From: an uncultured Klebsiella sp. | GTDB taxonomy: Bacteria > Pseudomonadota > Gammaproteobacteria > Pseudomonadales > UBA5518 | Direction of reading: 5' to 3' | Assembly: GCA_964465455.1 (NCBI GenBank) | Contig: CAYXJM010000001.1 | Coordinates: forward strand, 1 to 27,184 | DNA: 27,184 bases | Part shown: piece after piece, positions 8,948 to 17,123 of the stretch | How positions within the stretch are numbered: the first letter of the stretch is position 1 | How the letters are laid out: each line of letters begins with the position of its first letter | The notes under the pieces: model-generated | Databases searched by the model: none | Seen by the model: the letters and a program-made list of their open reading frames with translations, nothing else | Told to the model about the DNA's origin: nothing | Position numbers and translations under genes: made by a program

Positions 8948-10849
8948 TCATTCGATCGCGAACGCGAGCAAGACATTGCCCGGCATGTGCCCGTAGATGC
9001 CGTAACCGGACATCACGTACATCATGCCGTCCTTGAACACCGGGGCGGCGCCGCCGCCGAGCGAGCCGCCTCTCGCCGGCACCCCGCCGAGCGCCTGGAA
9101 CTCGCGCGCCGTGTCGAAGGACCAGATCACCTCGCCGCTCGCGCTGTCGTGCGCCCGCAGCCACCCGTCCATCGAGCCCGCGAACACCGCGCCAGGAATC
9201 GAGGCGATCGCGCCCGATATGCCCGGGCTGCAGAACTCGCGTCCCGCGCACACATCCGGCGCGGGCTGGCTCCAGCGCAGCTGGCCGCTGCCGGCGTCGA
9301 GCGCGTACAGGCCGGGCTTCGCTTCGCCGGGCCAGCGCGGCCCGCCGAAATAGTCCGAGATCGGCACGAAGACCGTGTCGCCCTCGGCACTCATGCCGAA
9401 GTGCACGCCGCCCTGGATTCCGCCGCGCCCCAGCTTGCGCTGCCACAGCACTGCCCCCGTGTCGGGATCGAGCGCGTGCACCTCCCCGGATTTCTGCCCG
9501 GCCACGAGGATGTCCTTGCCGGCCGATGTCGTCACCAGCATCGGCGCCGCACCGAAATCGAAGTCCGGGCCGTCCTCCGGCGGACAGTTGGTGCGATCGA
9601 CCGCCTCGCAGCCCATGTTCCAGGCGTCGCCCGCCGTTGCCTGCCACGCCCATGCCGTGGAGCCGCTGTCGATATCGAACGCTATGATCGCGTCGCTGCG
9701 TTCGTTCGCCGGCGAGGAATAGTTCTCGCCGGTGCCGACATAGAGTCGGCGGCGCTTGGCATCGACCACCGGGGTGCCCCACACCGGCGCCCCGGAGGGC
9801 GCGATGCGCGGGGTGCCGTGCGCGTTCACGTCGACCTGTGCCGGCGTCTCCGCGATGGTGTGAGCGGTCCACAGCCGCTTGCCCGTGGCTGCGTCGTAGG
9901 CAGCAACGCCGCCACGGAAGGTGCAGCACGCGTACGCGGGATCGGCCGCCGCGGTCACTTCGAGGGAGGACAGCGCCACGTAGAGCCGGTCCTCGAAGCG
10001 CACCGGGGACGCGGTGATCGTGAGGCTGTGGTGATCGTCGGGACGATCACGCCAGCGCAACTCGCCGCTCTGCGCGTCCAGCGCGTAGACGTTGCCCGTC
10101 AGGTCGCCGAAATACACCCCCGGTCGCGCGCCGGCGTCACCTGCCGTCCAGCCGTCGAGCAGGATGCCGGTGCGCACCTCGGCGGCGGCCTTGAAGGTCC
10201 AGCGCACGCAGCCGCTGCGCGCATCGAGCGCGTAAACCGTGCCGTCATGGCTGCCCATGAACAGCGCGCCGCCGCCGGTCACCGGCTGCGAGCGCGCGCG
10301 GATCGCGTCCGGAAACGCGAAGCTCCACTTCAGTGCGAGCTTCGGCACCTCGGCGCGCGCGAAGCCCGCCACCTGCTGCGGGTAGAAATGGCTGTTGCCG
10401 CGATCGACGCCCCAGCCGAGCGCATCGGGCGGCGCGGCGAAGTCGAACTTGCTGCTGCCGGCGGCGCAGCGCATCTCCGCGGCCAGCGCCACCGGTTCCG
10501 CGAAGGGGCGACCCGTGACGTATTCGGCGACCGCGCGCCGCTCCTCCGGCGAGAGCTTCGCGCCCTGCTCCTGCATCGCGCCGGACTCCAGCGCCGCGAC
10601 CACCCGGTGTGGCGCCATCAGGCCGATGATGGTGCGGTGCGGGGCACGCGTCACCTGGCCCTCGTGGCATTGCATGCAGTGCAGCGCGTAGACGCCCTGC
10701 CCGGCCACCGCCGGCGCGGAGGGTGCGGGCGCATCGGAGACCGCCGTGCTCGCCGGCTCCGGCACCGGGGCCTCGTCCCGTCCGCAGCCGGCCAGCAACA
10801 CGGGCAGCGCCAGCGCTGCCACCATCGAACGCAGGGAGAGCGCCATCAT
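8948..10849 (-). CDS. PQQ-dependent dehydrogenase with N-terminal cytochrome c, lipoprotein (polyvinyl-alcohol dehydrogenase-like quinohemoprotein, 633 aa)
   Basis: Lipobox LLAG-C and heme motif CMQCH. Multiple PQQ beta-propeller repeats (GTVYALDARSGCVRW, GNVYALDAQSGELRW, GEVHALDPDTGAVLW) plus PVA-DH-family-like CCTFRG, GAPVWGTP, DAWNMGC, DFDFGA and GGVHFG motifs. Confidence 0.85.
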   Translation of the reverse strand: MMALSLRSMVAALALPVLLAGCGRDEAPVPEPASTAVSDAPAPSAPAVAGQGVYALHCMQCHEGQVTRAPHRTIIGLMAPHRVVAALESGAMQEQGAKLSPEERRAVAEYVTGRPFAEPVALAAEMRCAAGSSKFDFAAPPDALGWGVDRGNSHFYPQQVAGFARAEVPKLALKWSFAFPDAIRARSQPVTGGGALFMGSHDGTVYALDARSGCVRWTFKAAAEVRTGILLDGWTAGDAGARPGVYFGDLTGNVYALDAQSGELRWRDRPDDHHSLTITASPVRFEDRLYVALSSLEVTAAADPAYACCTFRGGVAAYDAATGKRLWTAHTIAETPAQVDVNAHGTPRIAPSGAPVWGTPVVDAKRRRLYVGTGENYSSPANERSDAIIAFDIDSGSTAWAWQATAGDAWNMGCEAVDRTNCPPEDGPDFDFGAAPMLVTTSAGKDILVAGQKSGEVHALDPDTGAVLWQRKLGRGGIQGGVHFGMSAEGDTVFVPISDYFGGPRWPGEAKPGLYALDAGSGQLRWSQPAPDVCAGREFCSPGISGAIASIPGAVFAGSMDGWLRAHDSASGEVIWSFDTAREFQALGGVPARGGSLGGGAAPVFKDGMMYVMSGYGIYGHMPGNVLLAFAIE

Positions 10850-10914
10850 CCAGTTATCCTCTTATTGCCGCCTTGGCTGCCGCGGGAACGGGGCAGCGCC
10901 TGCATGCCACGCCG

Positions 10915-11745
10915 CTAGAGACCCTTGCGACCGGCCTCGCGGATCATCGGCGCATACTCGCCGAAGGCCGGTCCGCTCGTCGTGGCGCCGATCGTGATCC
11001 CGGCGTCGGTGGTCAGGGTATGCCCGGTGGTGTATCCCGATTCGTCGCTGGCGAGCCACAGCGCGGCGTTGGCGACGTCCTCGGCAAGTCCGGGCCGGTC
11101 GCGCAGCGGCGACTGCGCCGCGAGGATGCGCTTGGCTTCCTCGATCGCGCCCGGATCGCCGGTCAGCACGTTCGCCACCATCGGCGTCGCCATGCTCGCC
11201 GCGGCTATCGCATTCACGCGGATGCCGAAGCGGCACAGTTCGGCGCCGACGTTCTTGGTCATGCCGACCACGGCGTGCTTGGCGGCGGCATAGGCGTGGG
11301 GCCCGAGCCCCCCCATAACCCCTGCGGTGCTGGCCATGCTGATGATGCTGCCGCTCCCGCGCGGCTTCATCACGCGCGCCGCGTGCTTCATGCCGTAGAA
11401 AACGCCGTTCAGCAGCACGTCGATGCTGGCTTTCCATTCCGCCGCCGGCGTGGTGTCGACGGGGCCGACGGCACCCACGATCCCGGCACAGTTGAACATG
11501 ACGTCGAGCGCGCCGAAGCGGCTGACGGCGAGGTCGACCAGCGCAGCGACCTGGTCCTCCTGGGTGACGTCGCAGACCGCGAACGCGGCGGCTGCGCCGA
11601 ATCCGGACGTGAACTGCTCGCCGGGGCCGCGTTGGATGTCGCCGATGACAACCCGGCACCCTTCGGCCACGAAGCGCTGTACCGTCGCCGCCCCGATGCC
11701 GCTGGCACCCCCCGTGATCACTGCCACCTTGCCCTGCAGTCGCAC
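10915..11745 (-). CDS. Short-chain dehydrogenase/reductase (276 aa)
   Basis: GTG start with TAAGGAGG RBS. TGGASGIG Rossmann motif, acidic residue in GDI (NAD preference), NCAG, catalytic S...YAAAK. Confidence 0.93.
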   Translation of the reverse strand: MRLQGKVAVITGGASGIGAATVQRFVAEGCRVVIGDIQRGPGEQFTSGFGAAAAFAVCDVTQEDQVAALVDLAVSRFGALDVMFNCAGIVGAVGPVDTTPAAEWKASIDVLLNGVFYGMKHAARVMKPRGSGSIISMASTAGVMGGLGPHAYAAAKHAVVGMTKNVGAELCRFGIRVNAIAAASMATPMVANVLTGDPGAIEEAKRILAAQSPLRDRPGLAEDVANAALWLASDESGYTTGHTLTTDAGITIGATTSGPAFGEYAPMIREAGRKGL

Positions 11746-11827
11746 GTCCAGACCTCCTTATATCGTTTGAATCGGGTCCGCCCGGCCGCCGTCGCGTCAC
11801 AGCGGGCGCGGTCGGCGGGCAGGCCGG

Positions 11828-11860
11828 TTGCATTATGCAAATCTCTTGAATATTATTCAA
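11828..11860. promoter_or_regulatory. Overlapping divergent sigma70-type promoters with operator palindrome TTGAATA-T-TATTCAA (11846-11860)
   Basis: Plus strand: TTGCAT(11828-33)-N17-TATTAT(11851-56). Minus strand: TTGAAT(11860-55)-N17-CATAAT(11837-32). Lies between the divergent SDR genes. Confidence 0.7.
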
Positions 11861-12058
11861 TACGCCGCGCGGGTCGGCGTCAAGCACCGCCACATAACAG
11901 CGCCTGACGCGCCGCCCCCCGCTCCGGAACCACTGCTGCCCGGCGCCATGCGAACGCGAAACGCGTTCCCGGCAGCGCGACTGCCGCGCGCCAGCGCGAA
12001 GCGCTCGCGCCGGGCGCGCCGGTCCGACCCCTCAAACGCTTCGACCCGGAGAATCTCG

Positions 12059-12979
12059 ATGAGCAAGAGCAGACTGCTGGATGGAAAGGTGATCGTGGTA
12101 ACCGGCGCAGGCCGCGGCATCGGCCGGGCCATCGCACTGCAACTCGCCGATTGCGGCGCGCACGTCGTCGTCAACGACCTCGGCACCAGCAGCGACGGCC
12201 AGGGCAACGACAGCCAGCCCGCCTCCGAGGTCGTCGCCGAGATCAGGGCCGCGGGCGCGCAGGCCGTTGCCAGCTGCGACAGCGTGGCCGAGTGGGACGG
12301 GGCGCACCGGATCATCCAGACGGCGGTTGACACCTTCGGGCGCATCGACGGCGTCGTGAACAATGCCGGGATCGTGCGCGACGCGATCTTCCACAAGGCG
12401 ACCGAGGAGGATTTCGACCTCGTGATCAAGGTCAACCTCAAGGGCGCCTTCAACATGAGCCGCGCCTGCGCGCCGCATTTCCGCGAGCAGCAGGGCGGCT
12501 GCCTCGTGCACATGACCTCGACGTCCGGCCTCATCGGCAACATGGGGCAGGCCAACTACATGGCGGCGAAGCTGGGCGTCGTGGGGCTGTCGAAGAGCAT
12601 CGCGCTCGACATGGCGCGGTTCAACGTGCGCTCCAACTGCATCTCGCCGTTCGCCTGGAGCCGGCTGTTCGGCTCGGTGCCCGACGAGACGCCGGAGCAG
12701 AAGGCGCGGCTCGAGAAGATCAAGCAGATGACGCCGGACAAGATCGCGCCGCTCGCCGCGGCGTTGTTCTCCGACGCCGCGCGCGAGGTGACGGGCCAGA
12801 TCTTCGCGGTGCGCAACAACGAGATCTTCCTGATGAGCCAGTCACGCCCGATCCGCGCGGCCCACACCGCGGACGGCTGGACGCCCGAAACCGTCACGCA
12901 GCGCGTGTTCCCTGCCTTCAAGCCCTCGATGTACCCGCTGGACCGCACCGCCGACGTGTTCACCTGGGATCCCGTCTGA
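12059..12979 (+). CDS. SDR of the MFE-2/HSD17B4 type, putative (3R)-hydroxyacyl-CoA dehydrogenase (306 aa)
   Basis: Start re-assigned to ATG 12059 (MSKSRLLDGKVIVVTGAGRGIG) with GGAG RBS. VVVNDLG, NNAGIVRD, TSTSGLIGNMGQANYMAAKLG and NVRSNCISP are characteristic of the MFE-2-like SDR subgroup. Confidence 0.88.
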   Translation: MSKSRLLDGKVIVVTGAGRGIGRAIALQLADCGAHVVVNDLGTSSDGQGNDSQPASEVVAEIRAAGAQAVASCDSVAEWDGAHRIIQTAVDTFGRIDGVVNNAGIVRDAIFHKATEEDFDLVIKVNLKGAFNMSRACAPHFREQQGGCLVHMTSTSGLIGNMGQANYMAAKLGVVGLSKSIALDMARFNVRSNCISPFAWSRLFGSVPDETPEQKARLEKIKQMTPDKIAPLAAALFSDAAREVTGQIFAVRNNEIFLMSQSRPIRAAHTADGWTPETVTQRVFPAFKPSMYPLDRTADVFTWDPV

Positions 12980-13000
12980 AGCGACATGGAGGCAGCAGCG

Positions 13001-13855
13001 GTGGCTTTCGATCACAAGACGATACTCGACTGGCGCTTCCCCCCGGTGCGCAACGCCTATGCGCAGCGCGACGTCATGCTCTACGCCCTGGGACTGGGGC
13101 TGGGGTTCCGGCCCACCGATCCCGCCGAGCTGCGCTACGTCTACGAAGACGGCCTCGAGGTGTTCCCGACCATGCCGGTCGTGCTGGGCCACCCCGGGCC
13201 CTGGATGCGCGATCCCGCCACCGGCATCGACTTCGTCCGGGTGCTGCACGCAGAGCAGCACCTCGAGATCCATCGGCCCTTGCCGACCGAAGGCGGCACG
13301 GTCGCGCACAACCGCGTGCTCGACGTGATCGACAAGGGTCCCGGCAAGGGCGTGCTGATCGTGATGGAGCGGCTGCTCCACGACGAGGCGAGCGGCGAGC
13401 TGCTCTGCACGCAGCGGTCGGTAGCGATCGCGCGCGGCAACGGCGGCGCCGGCGGCACGGGCAACCTCTCCCCGGCTCCCCACCCGCTGCCCGGTCGCGA
13501 GCCCGACGGCCACGTGGACATCCGCACCGCGACCCAGGCGGCGCTGCTGTACCGCCTCAGCGGCGACTACAACCCGGTCCACGCGGACCCCGCGGTAGCC
13601 GCTCGGGCCGGATTCAGCGCGCCGATCCTGCACGGACTGGCGAGTTTCGGGGTCGCGGCACGCGCCGTGCTGCAGGCCTTCGACGCCGCGCCAGGCGTGC
13701 TGCGCAGCTTCGGCGTGCGCTTCTCGGCGCCGGTCTATCCCGGCGAGACTATCAGGACCGAGTTCTGGCGCGACGCCGACGTGGTCTCGTTCCGCTCGCG
13801 GGTGCTCGAACGCGACGCCATCGTGCTGAACAACGGTCGCGCCGTGCTCGGTTGA
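13001..13855 (+). CDS. Enoyl-CoA hydratase 2 (R-specific, double hot-dog MaoC; about 284 aa)
   Basis: Likely GTG start at 13001, with GGAGG 8 nt upstream (alternative ATG 12986). Contains DVMLYALGLG, VLHAEQHL and the hydratase-2 motif LYRLSGDYNPVHADP...PILHGL, then VRFSAPVYPGET. Confidence 0.9.
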   Translation: MAFDHKTILDWRFPPVRNAYAQRDVMLYALGLGLGFRPTDPAELRYVYEDGLEVFPTMPVVLGHPGPWMRDPATGIDFVRVLHAEQHLEIHRPLPTEGGTVAHNRVLDVIDKGPGKGVLIVMERLLHDEASGELLCTQRSVAIARGNGGAGGTGNLSPAPHPLPGREPDGHVDIRTATQAALLYRLSGDYNPVHADPAVAARAGFSAPILHGLASFGVAARAVLQAFDAAPGVLRSFGVRFSAPVYPGETIRTEFWRDADVVSFRSRVLERDAIVLNNGRAVLG

Positions 13856-13895
13856 GGACGTCTTGACGCGGCGCAGCGACCATGCAATTCTTGAT

Positions 13896-13910
13896 TTTAA
13901 TTAGATTCAA
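13896..13910. promoter_or_regulatory. Degenerate copy of the operator palindrome (TTTAATT-A-GATTCAA, 11/14 matches)
   Basis: AT-rich patch upstream of TBDR 2; three mismatches to TTGAATA-N-TATTCAA. Confidence 0.35.
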
Positions 13911-14027
13911 CTTTTGGAGGATTGAACCCGCCCAGAGACCCAGCGCCGCGCCCCCACGGCGCTGCGCTCACGACGACCCGGATCCCTTTTACCGATCACA
14001 AACAGAAATCACGGCAAGGAGACGTCC

Positions 14028-16358
14028 ATGAATCGACACACTGCAGGCCTCAACCGACTCAGCCTCGCGATCATGCTCGCGGGCACCGGCATCACCGCAC
14101 CCGCTGCGCTCGCCCAGGGCAACGCCGAGGGGCTGGAGGAAATCACGGTGACCGCTCGCAAACGCGAGGAGAACATCCAGGACGTGGCGATCGCGGTGAC
14201 GGCGCTGAGCCAGACCGAGATCGAGCGGACGTTCGCGCGCGACCTGAAGGACCTCGCGAGCATGGCCCCCAACCTCGTGATCGACGACACCTCGCAGGGT
14301 CCGGGCGGCGTCGCGGCCATCTACATCCGCGGCGTGGGCGTCGCCGACGTGGAAAAGAGCTTCGACCCGGCGGTGGGCGTCGTGATCGACCAGGTGTTCA
14401 TCGGCGCCAACACCGGTTCCATACTGAAGAGCCTGGACATCGGCCGCATCGAGGTGCTGCGCGGCCCGCAGGGCACCCAGTTCGGGCGCAACACCATCGG
14501 CGGCGTGATCAACGTCGAGCGCACCAAGCCGACCGGCGTGTTCGGAGGCAAGATCCGCGCCGGCTACGGCGACTACGACACCTACAACGTCGAGGGCCTG
14601 CTGAACTTCCCGATCACCGACACCCTCGCCGCCAAGCTGACCGCGACCAAGCGCGAGCAGCAGGAAGGCTACTACGACAACGTGGTAACCGGCCACGACA
14701 TCGGCCAGGAGGACTACGAGCAACTCGGCGCCAACCTGCTCTTCTCTCCCACCGAGTCGATCGAGCTCGAGTACACCTACAACTACGAGAACACCGACCA
14801 GGACACGCCGCCGCTGCTGAACAACGGCCAGCCGCGCCACCTGTTCTGCTTCGCCTACGGCTATTGCGCGCCGTCGGAGGACTCCACGATCACGGGCGAC
14901 CGCTACAAGGTGGCGAGCAAGGCGATCCGGCCGCCGAAGTACTACGACCTGCAGACGCACGTCAGCTCGCCGGACGACGCGATCGATACGAATTTCGACG
15001 CGAACTTCAACACCGACACCCACATCGTCGAGCTGCGCTGGGACGTCAGCGACGACTACCGCTTCGACGCGGTCTACGGCCACTGGAATTCCTCCGAGAC
15101 CGTGTTCACCGACTGGGACGGCACCCCCGAGATGCTGTACCACACCGACCGGCCCGGCAACTGGGAGCAGGACAGCGTTGAACTGCGCATCACGAACGGC
15201 GGCGACGACCCGTTCAGCTGGGTGGGCGGCGTGTTCTTCTGGAAGTCCAGTTTCGACATCGAACTGCGCAGCTACATCGGATTCGCGGGCGACGTGACCG
15301 GCGACGGCAACCCGGACATCCTCGACATTCCGCAGTACGGCAAGCAGGACGTCGACTCGCGGGCCGTGTTCTGGGAGGGCGACTACGCCTTCACCGACAA
15401 GTGGACCCTGACGCTGGGCGGGCGCTACACCGAGGACGAGAAGCAGTCGGCGGCTCGCGGCCAGGTCGACACCAGCGTGCCCACCCAGGCCGGGGTGCCC
15501 GTTGCGTTCGCTCCCGGACTCAACGGCGACCCCGACGACGACTGGAACCAGTTCACGCCCAAGGTCGGCATCAAGTACCAGATGACCGACGACGCGATGC
15601 TCTACGCCACGTGGACGAACGGCTACCGCAGCGGCGGTTTCAACACGCGCGTGAACTCCTACAGCGAGGCCGTCACGCCCTACAACGAGGAGACCGTCGA
15701 GAGCTACGAGGTCGGCTTCAAGACCGCCTGGTGCGACAACACGGTGCGCCTGAACGGCGACGTCTTCTACATGAAGTACGACGACAAGCAGGAGGAGCTG
15801 CACCTGCCCGACACGCTGAGCGGCACCGGCCAGAAGACGGTGGTCGCCAACGCGTCCACCGCCGAGATGAGCGGCGTGGAACTCGAGCTGCAGGCCGAGC
15901 CGACGGACGGCCTGTACCTGCGGGCCAACGCCGCTTACCTCGACGCGTCCTACGACGAGTTCGAGTTCGACGACGACGGCGATCCCGCGACGCCGCTGGT
16001 GGACTACAGCAAACTCGATTTCCGTCGCGCGCCGGAATGGACCGGCAACGTCGACGCGACCTACGAGTGGGACGTCGGCGGCAACACGATGTGGGCGCGC
16101 GTGGCCTACCACTACCTCGGCGAGCACGAGACGAACTTCGACAACTCGCCGGAACTGCACAACGACGCGCAGCACCTCGTGGACGCCTCGATCAACTACG
16201 ACTGGGGCAAGACGCGCTTCAGCCTGTTCGGGCGCAACCTGACCGAGGAGGACGGCTACATGATCGGCTACGACGTGGCGGGGATCTGGTCGTACTCCGC
16301 GGCTCGCCCGCCGCGCACGTGGGGCATCGAGGTCACGCACGAGTTCGGCGGCGAGTAA
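14028..16358 (+). CDS. TonB-dependent outer-membrane receptor (776 aa)
   Basis: AAGGAG RBS, signal peptide, TonB-box-like LEEITVTARKREE, plug motif IEVLRGPQGTQFGRNTIGGVIN, NGYRSGGFN, and C-terminal PPRTWGIEVTHEFGGE. Confidence 0.95.
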   Translation: MNRHTAGLNRLSLAIMLAGTGITAPAALAQGNAEGLEEITVTARKREENIQDVAIAVTALSQTEIERTFARDLKDLASMAPNLVIDDTSQGPGGVAAIYIRGVGVADVEKSFDPAVGVVIDQVFIGANTGSILKSLDIGRIEVLRGPQGTQFGRNTIGGVINVERTKPTGVFGGKIRAGYGDYDTYNVEGLLNFPITDTLAAKLTATKREQQEGYYDNVVTGHDIGQEDYEQLGANLLFSPTESIELEYTYNYENTDQDTPPLLNNGQPRHLFCFAYGYCAPSEDSTITGDRYKVASKAIRPPKYYDLQTHVSSPDDAIDTNFDANFNTDTHIVELRWDVSDDYRFDAVYGHWNSSETVFTDWDGTPEMLYHTDRPGNWEQDSVELRITNGGDDPFSWVGGVFFWKSSFDIELRSYIGFAGDVTGDGNPDILDIPQYGKQDVDSRAVFWEGDYAFTDKWTLTLGGRYTEDEKQSAARGQVDTSVPTQAGVPVAFAPGLNGDPDDDWNQFTPKVGIKYQMTDDAMLYATWTNGYRSGGFNTRVNSYSEAVTPYNEETVESYEVGFKTAWCDNTVRLNGDVFYMKYDDKQEELHLPDTLSGTGQKTVVANASTAEMSGVELELQAEPTDGLYLRANAAYLDASYDEFEFDDDGDPATPLVDYSKLDFRRAPEWTGNVDATYEWDVGGNTMWARVAYHYLGEHETNFDNSPELHNDAQHLVDASINYDWGKTRFSLFGRNLTEEDGYMIGYDVAGIWSYSAARPPRTWGIEVTHEFGGE

Positions 16359-16375
16359 GGCGCGCTCGCCCCTGC

Positions 16376-16396
16376 CCTGGAGCCTCGCGCTCCAGG
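16376..16396 (+). other. Stem-loop (CCTGGAGC-CTCGC-GCTCCAGG) upstream of the terminator
   Basis: Perfect 8-bp inverted repeat 18 nt after the TBDR stop. Confidence 0.5.
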
Positions 16397-16408
16397 CGCA
16401 GCGAACGC

Positions 16409-16443
16409 AGGCTTTCCGCGCCGGGCGCGGAAAGCCTTTTTTT
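16409..16443 (+). terminator. Rho-independent terminator after TBDR 2
   Basis: AGGCTTTCCGCGC-CGG-GCGCGGAAAGCCT perfect 13-bp stem running into a T7 tract. Confidence 0.88.
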
Positions 16444-16489
16444 CGCCCGTGCCGACGGGCACCACCACGGCCAGGAGAGACCGAAACCC

Positions 16490-17074
16490 ATGACAACGCA
16501 GGACCCGCTGCAGCGACTGATCGACAGGAGCGCCATCGAGGACGCAATCGCGACCTATGCACGCGCCCTCGACCGCATGGACGAGAAGCTGCTGCGCTCC
16601 GTCTTCCATCCCGGATCGCGGCACGCGCACTACTTCGAAGGCCCGTCCTCGGACCCCGCGCTTCCCTCGAAGCCCGGAGCGCCGCTCGATTTCGTCGCCT
16701 TTGCGATGGACGTGCTGCGCACCCACTCGCGCACGCACCACCAGCTCGGCCAGATGCTGATCGAGTTCGAGAGCGACACCGTGGCCTTCGCCGAGACCTA
16801 TTTCACCGCCCATCACCGCATGCGTGCGATCGGCGACCGGCTCGCGGGCTCCGCGGCCTGCGACACCGAGATGGACTACTTCGTCGGAGGCCGCTACATC
16901 GACCGCTTCGAGAAGCGCGCCGGCGCGTGGAAGATCACGCACCGCACCGGCACGACCGACTGGACCCGGCTCGAGGCGCCGTCTTCCCAGGGCTTCGGCG
17001 CTATCGCCGACGCGCAACTGGGCAAGCGCGGACGCAAGGACATGGTCTACCGTTGCCGCCAGCTCTACCGCTAG
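16490..17074 (+). CDS. NTF2-like / SnoaL_4 family protein (194 aa)
   Basis: ATG 16490 with GGAG RBS. LIDRSAIEDAIATYARALDRMD...VFHP...THHQLGQ...ETYFTAHH...GGRYIDRFEKRAGAWKITHR. Confidence 0.85.
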   Translation: MTTQDPLQRLIDRSAIEDAIATYARALDRMDEKLLRSVFHPGSRHAHYFEGPSSDPALPSKPGAPLDFVAFAMDVLRTHSRTHHQLGQMLIEFESDTVAFAETYFTAHHRMRAIGDRLAGSAACDTEMDYFVGGRYIDRFEKRAGAWKITHRTGTTDWTRLEAPSSQGFGAIADAQLGKRGRKDMVYRCRQLYR

Positions 17075-17123
17075 GGCCGCGGACGCGACATTCACGCAAC
17101 GACACACCGCAAGGAGCCGCAGC

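Noticed and set aside
6667-10918. Long plus-strand ORFs 6667-8757 and 8987-10918
   Set aside because: Shadow ORFs opposite the CoA ligase and the PQQ dehydrogenase.
11828-12058. N-terminal extensions in the ORF track (for example 11828, also 2662, 6392, 7330, 16824, 18685, 22073, 26381)
   Set aside because: The extensions overlap promoters or neighbouring genes and are low-complexity R/A/P-rich; downstream starts have RBSs and begin at the family domain or signal peptide.
13921-14027. Riboswitch (for example cobalamin) in the TBDR leader regions, also 2537-2690
   Set aside because: I could not find the conserved riboswitch core sequences; a Rfam/Infernal scan would be needed to exclude it formally.
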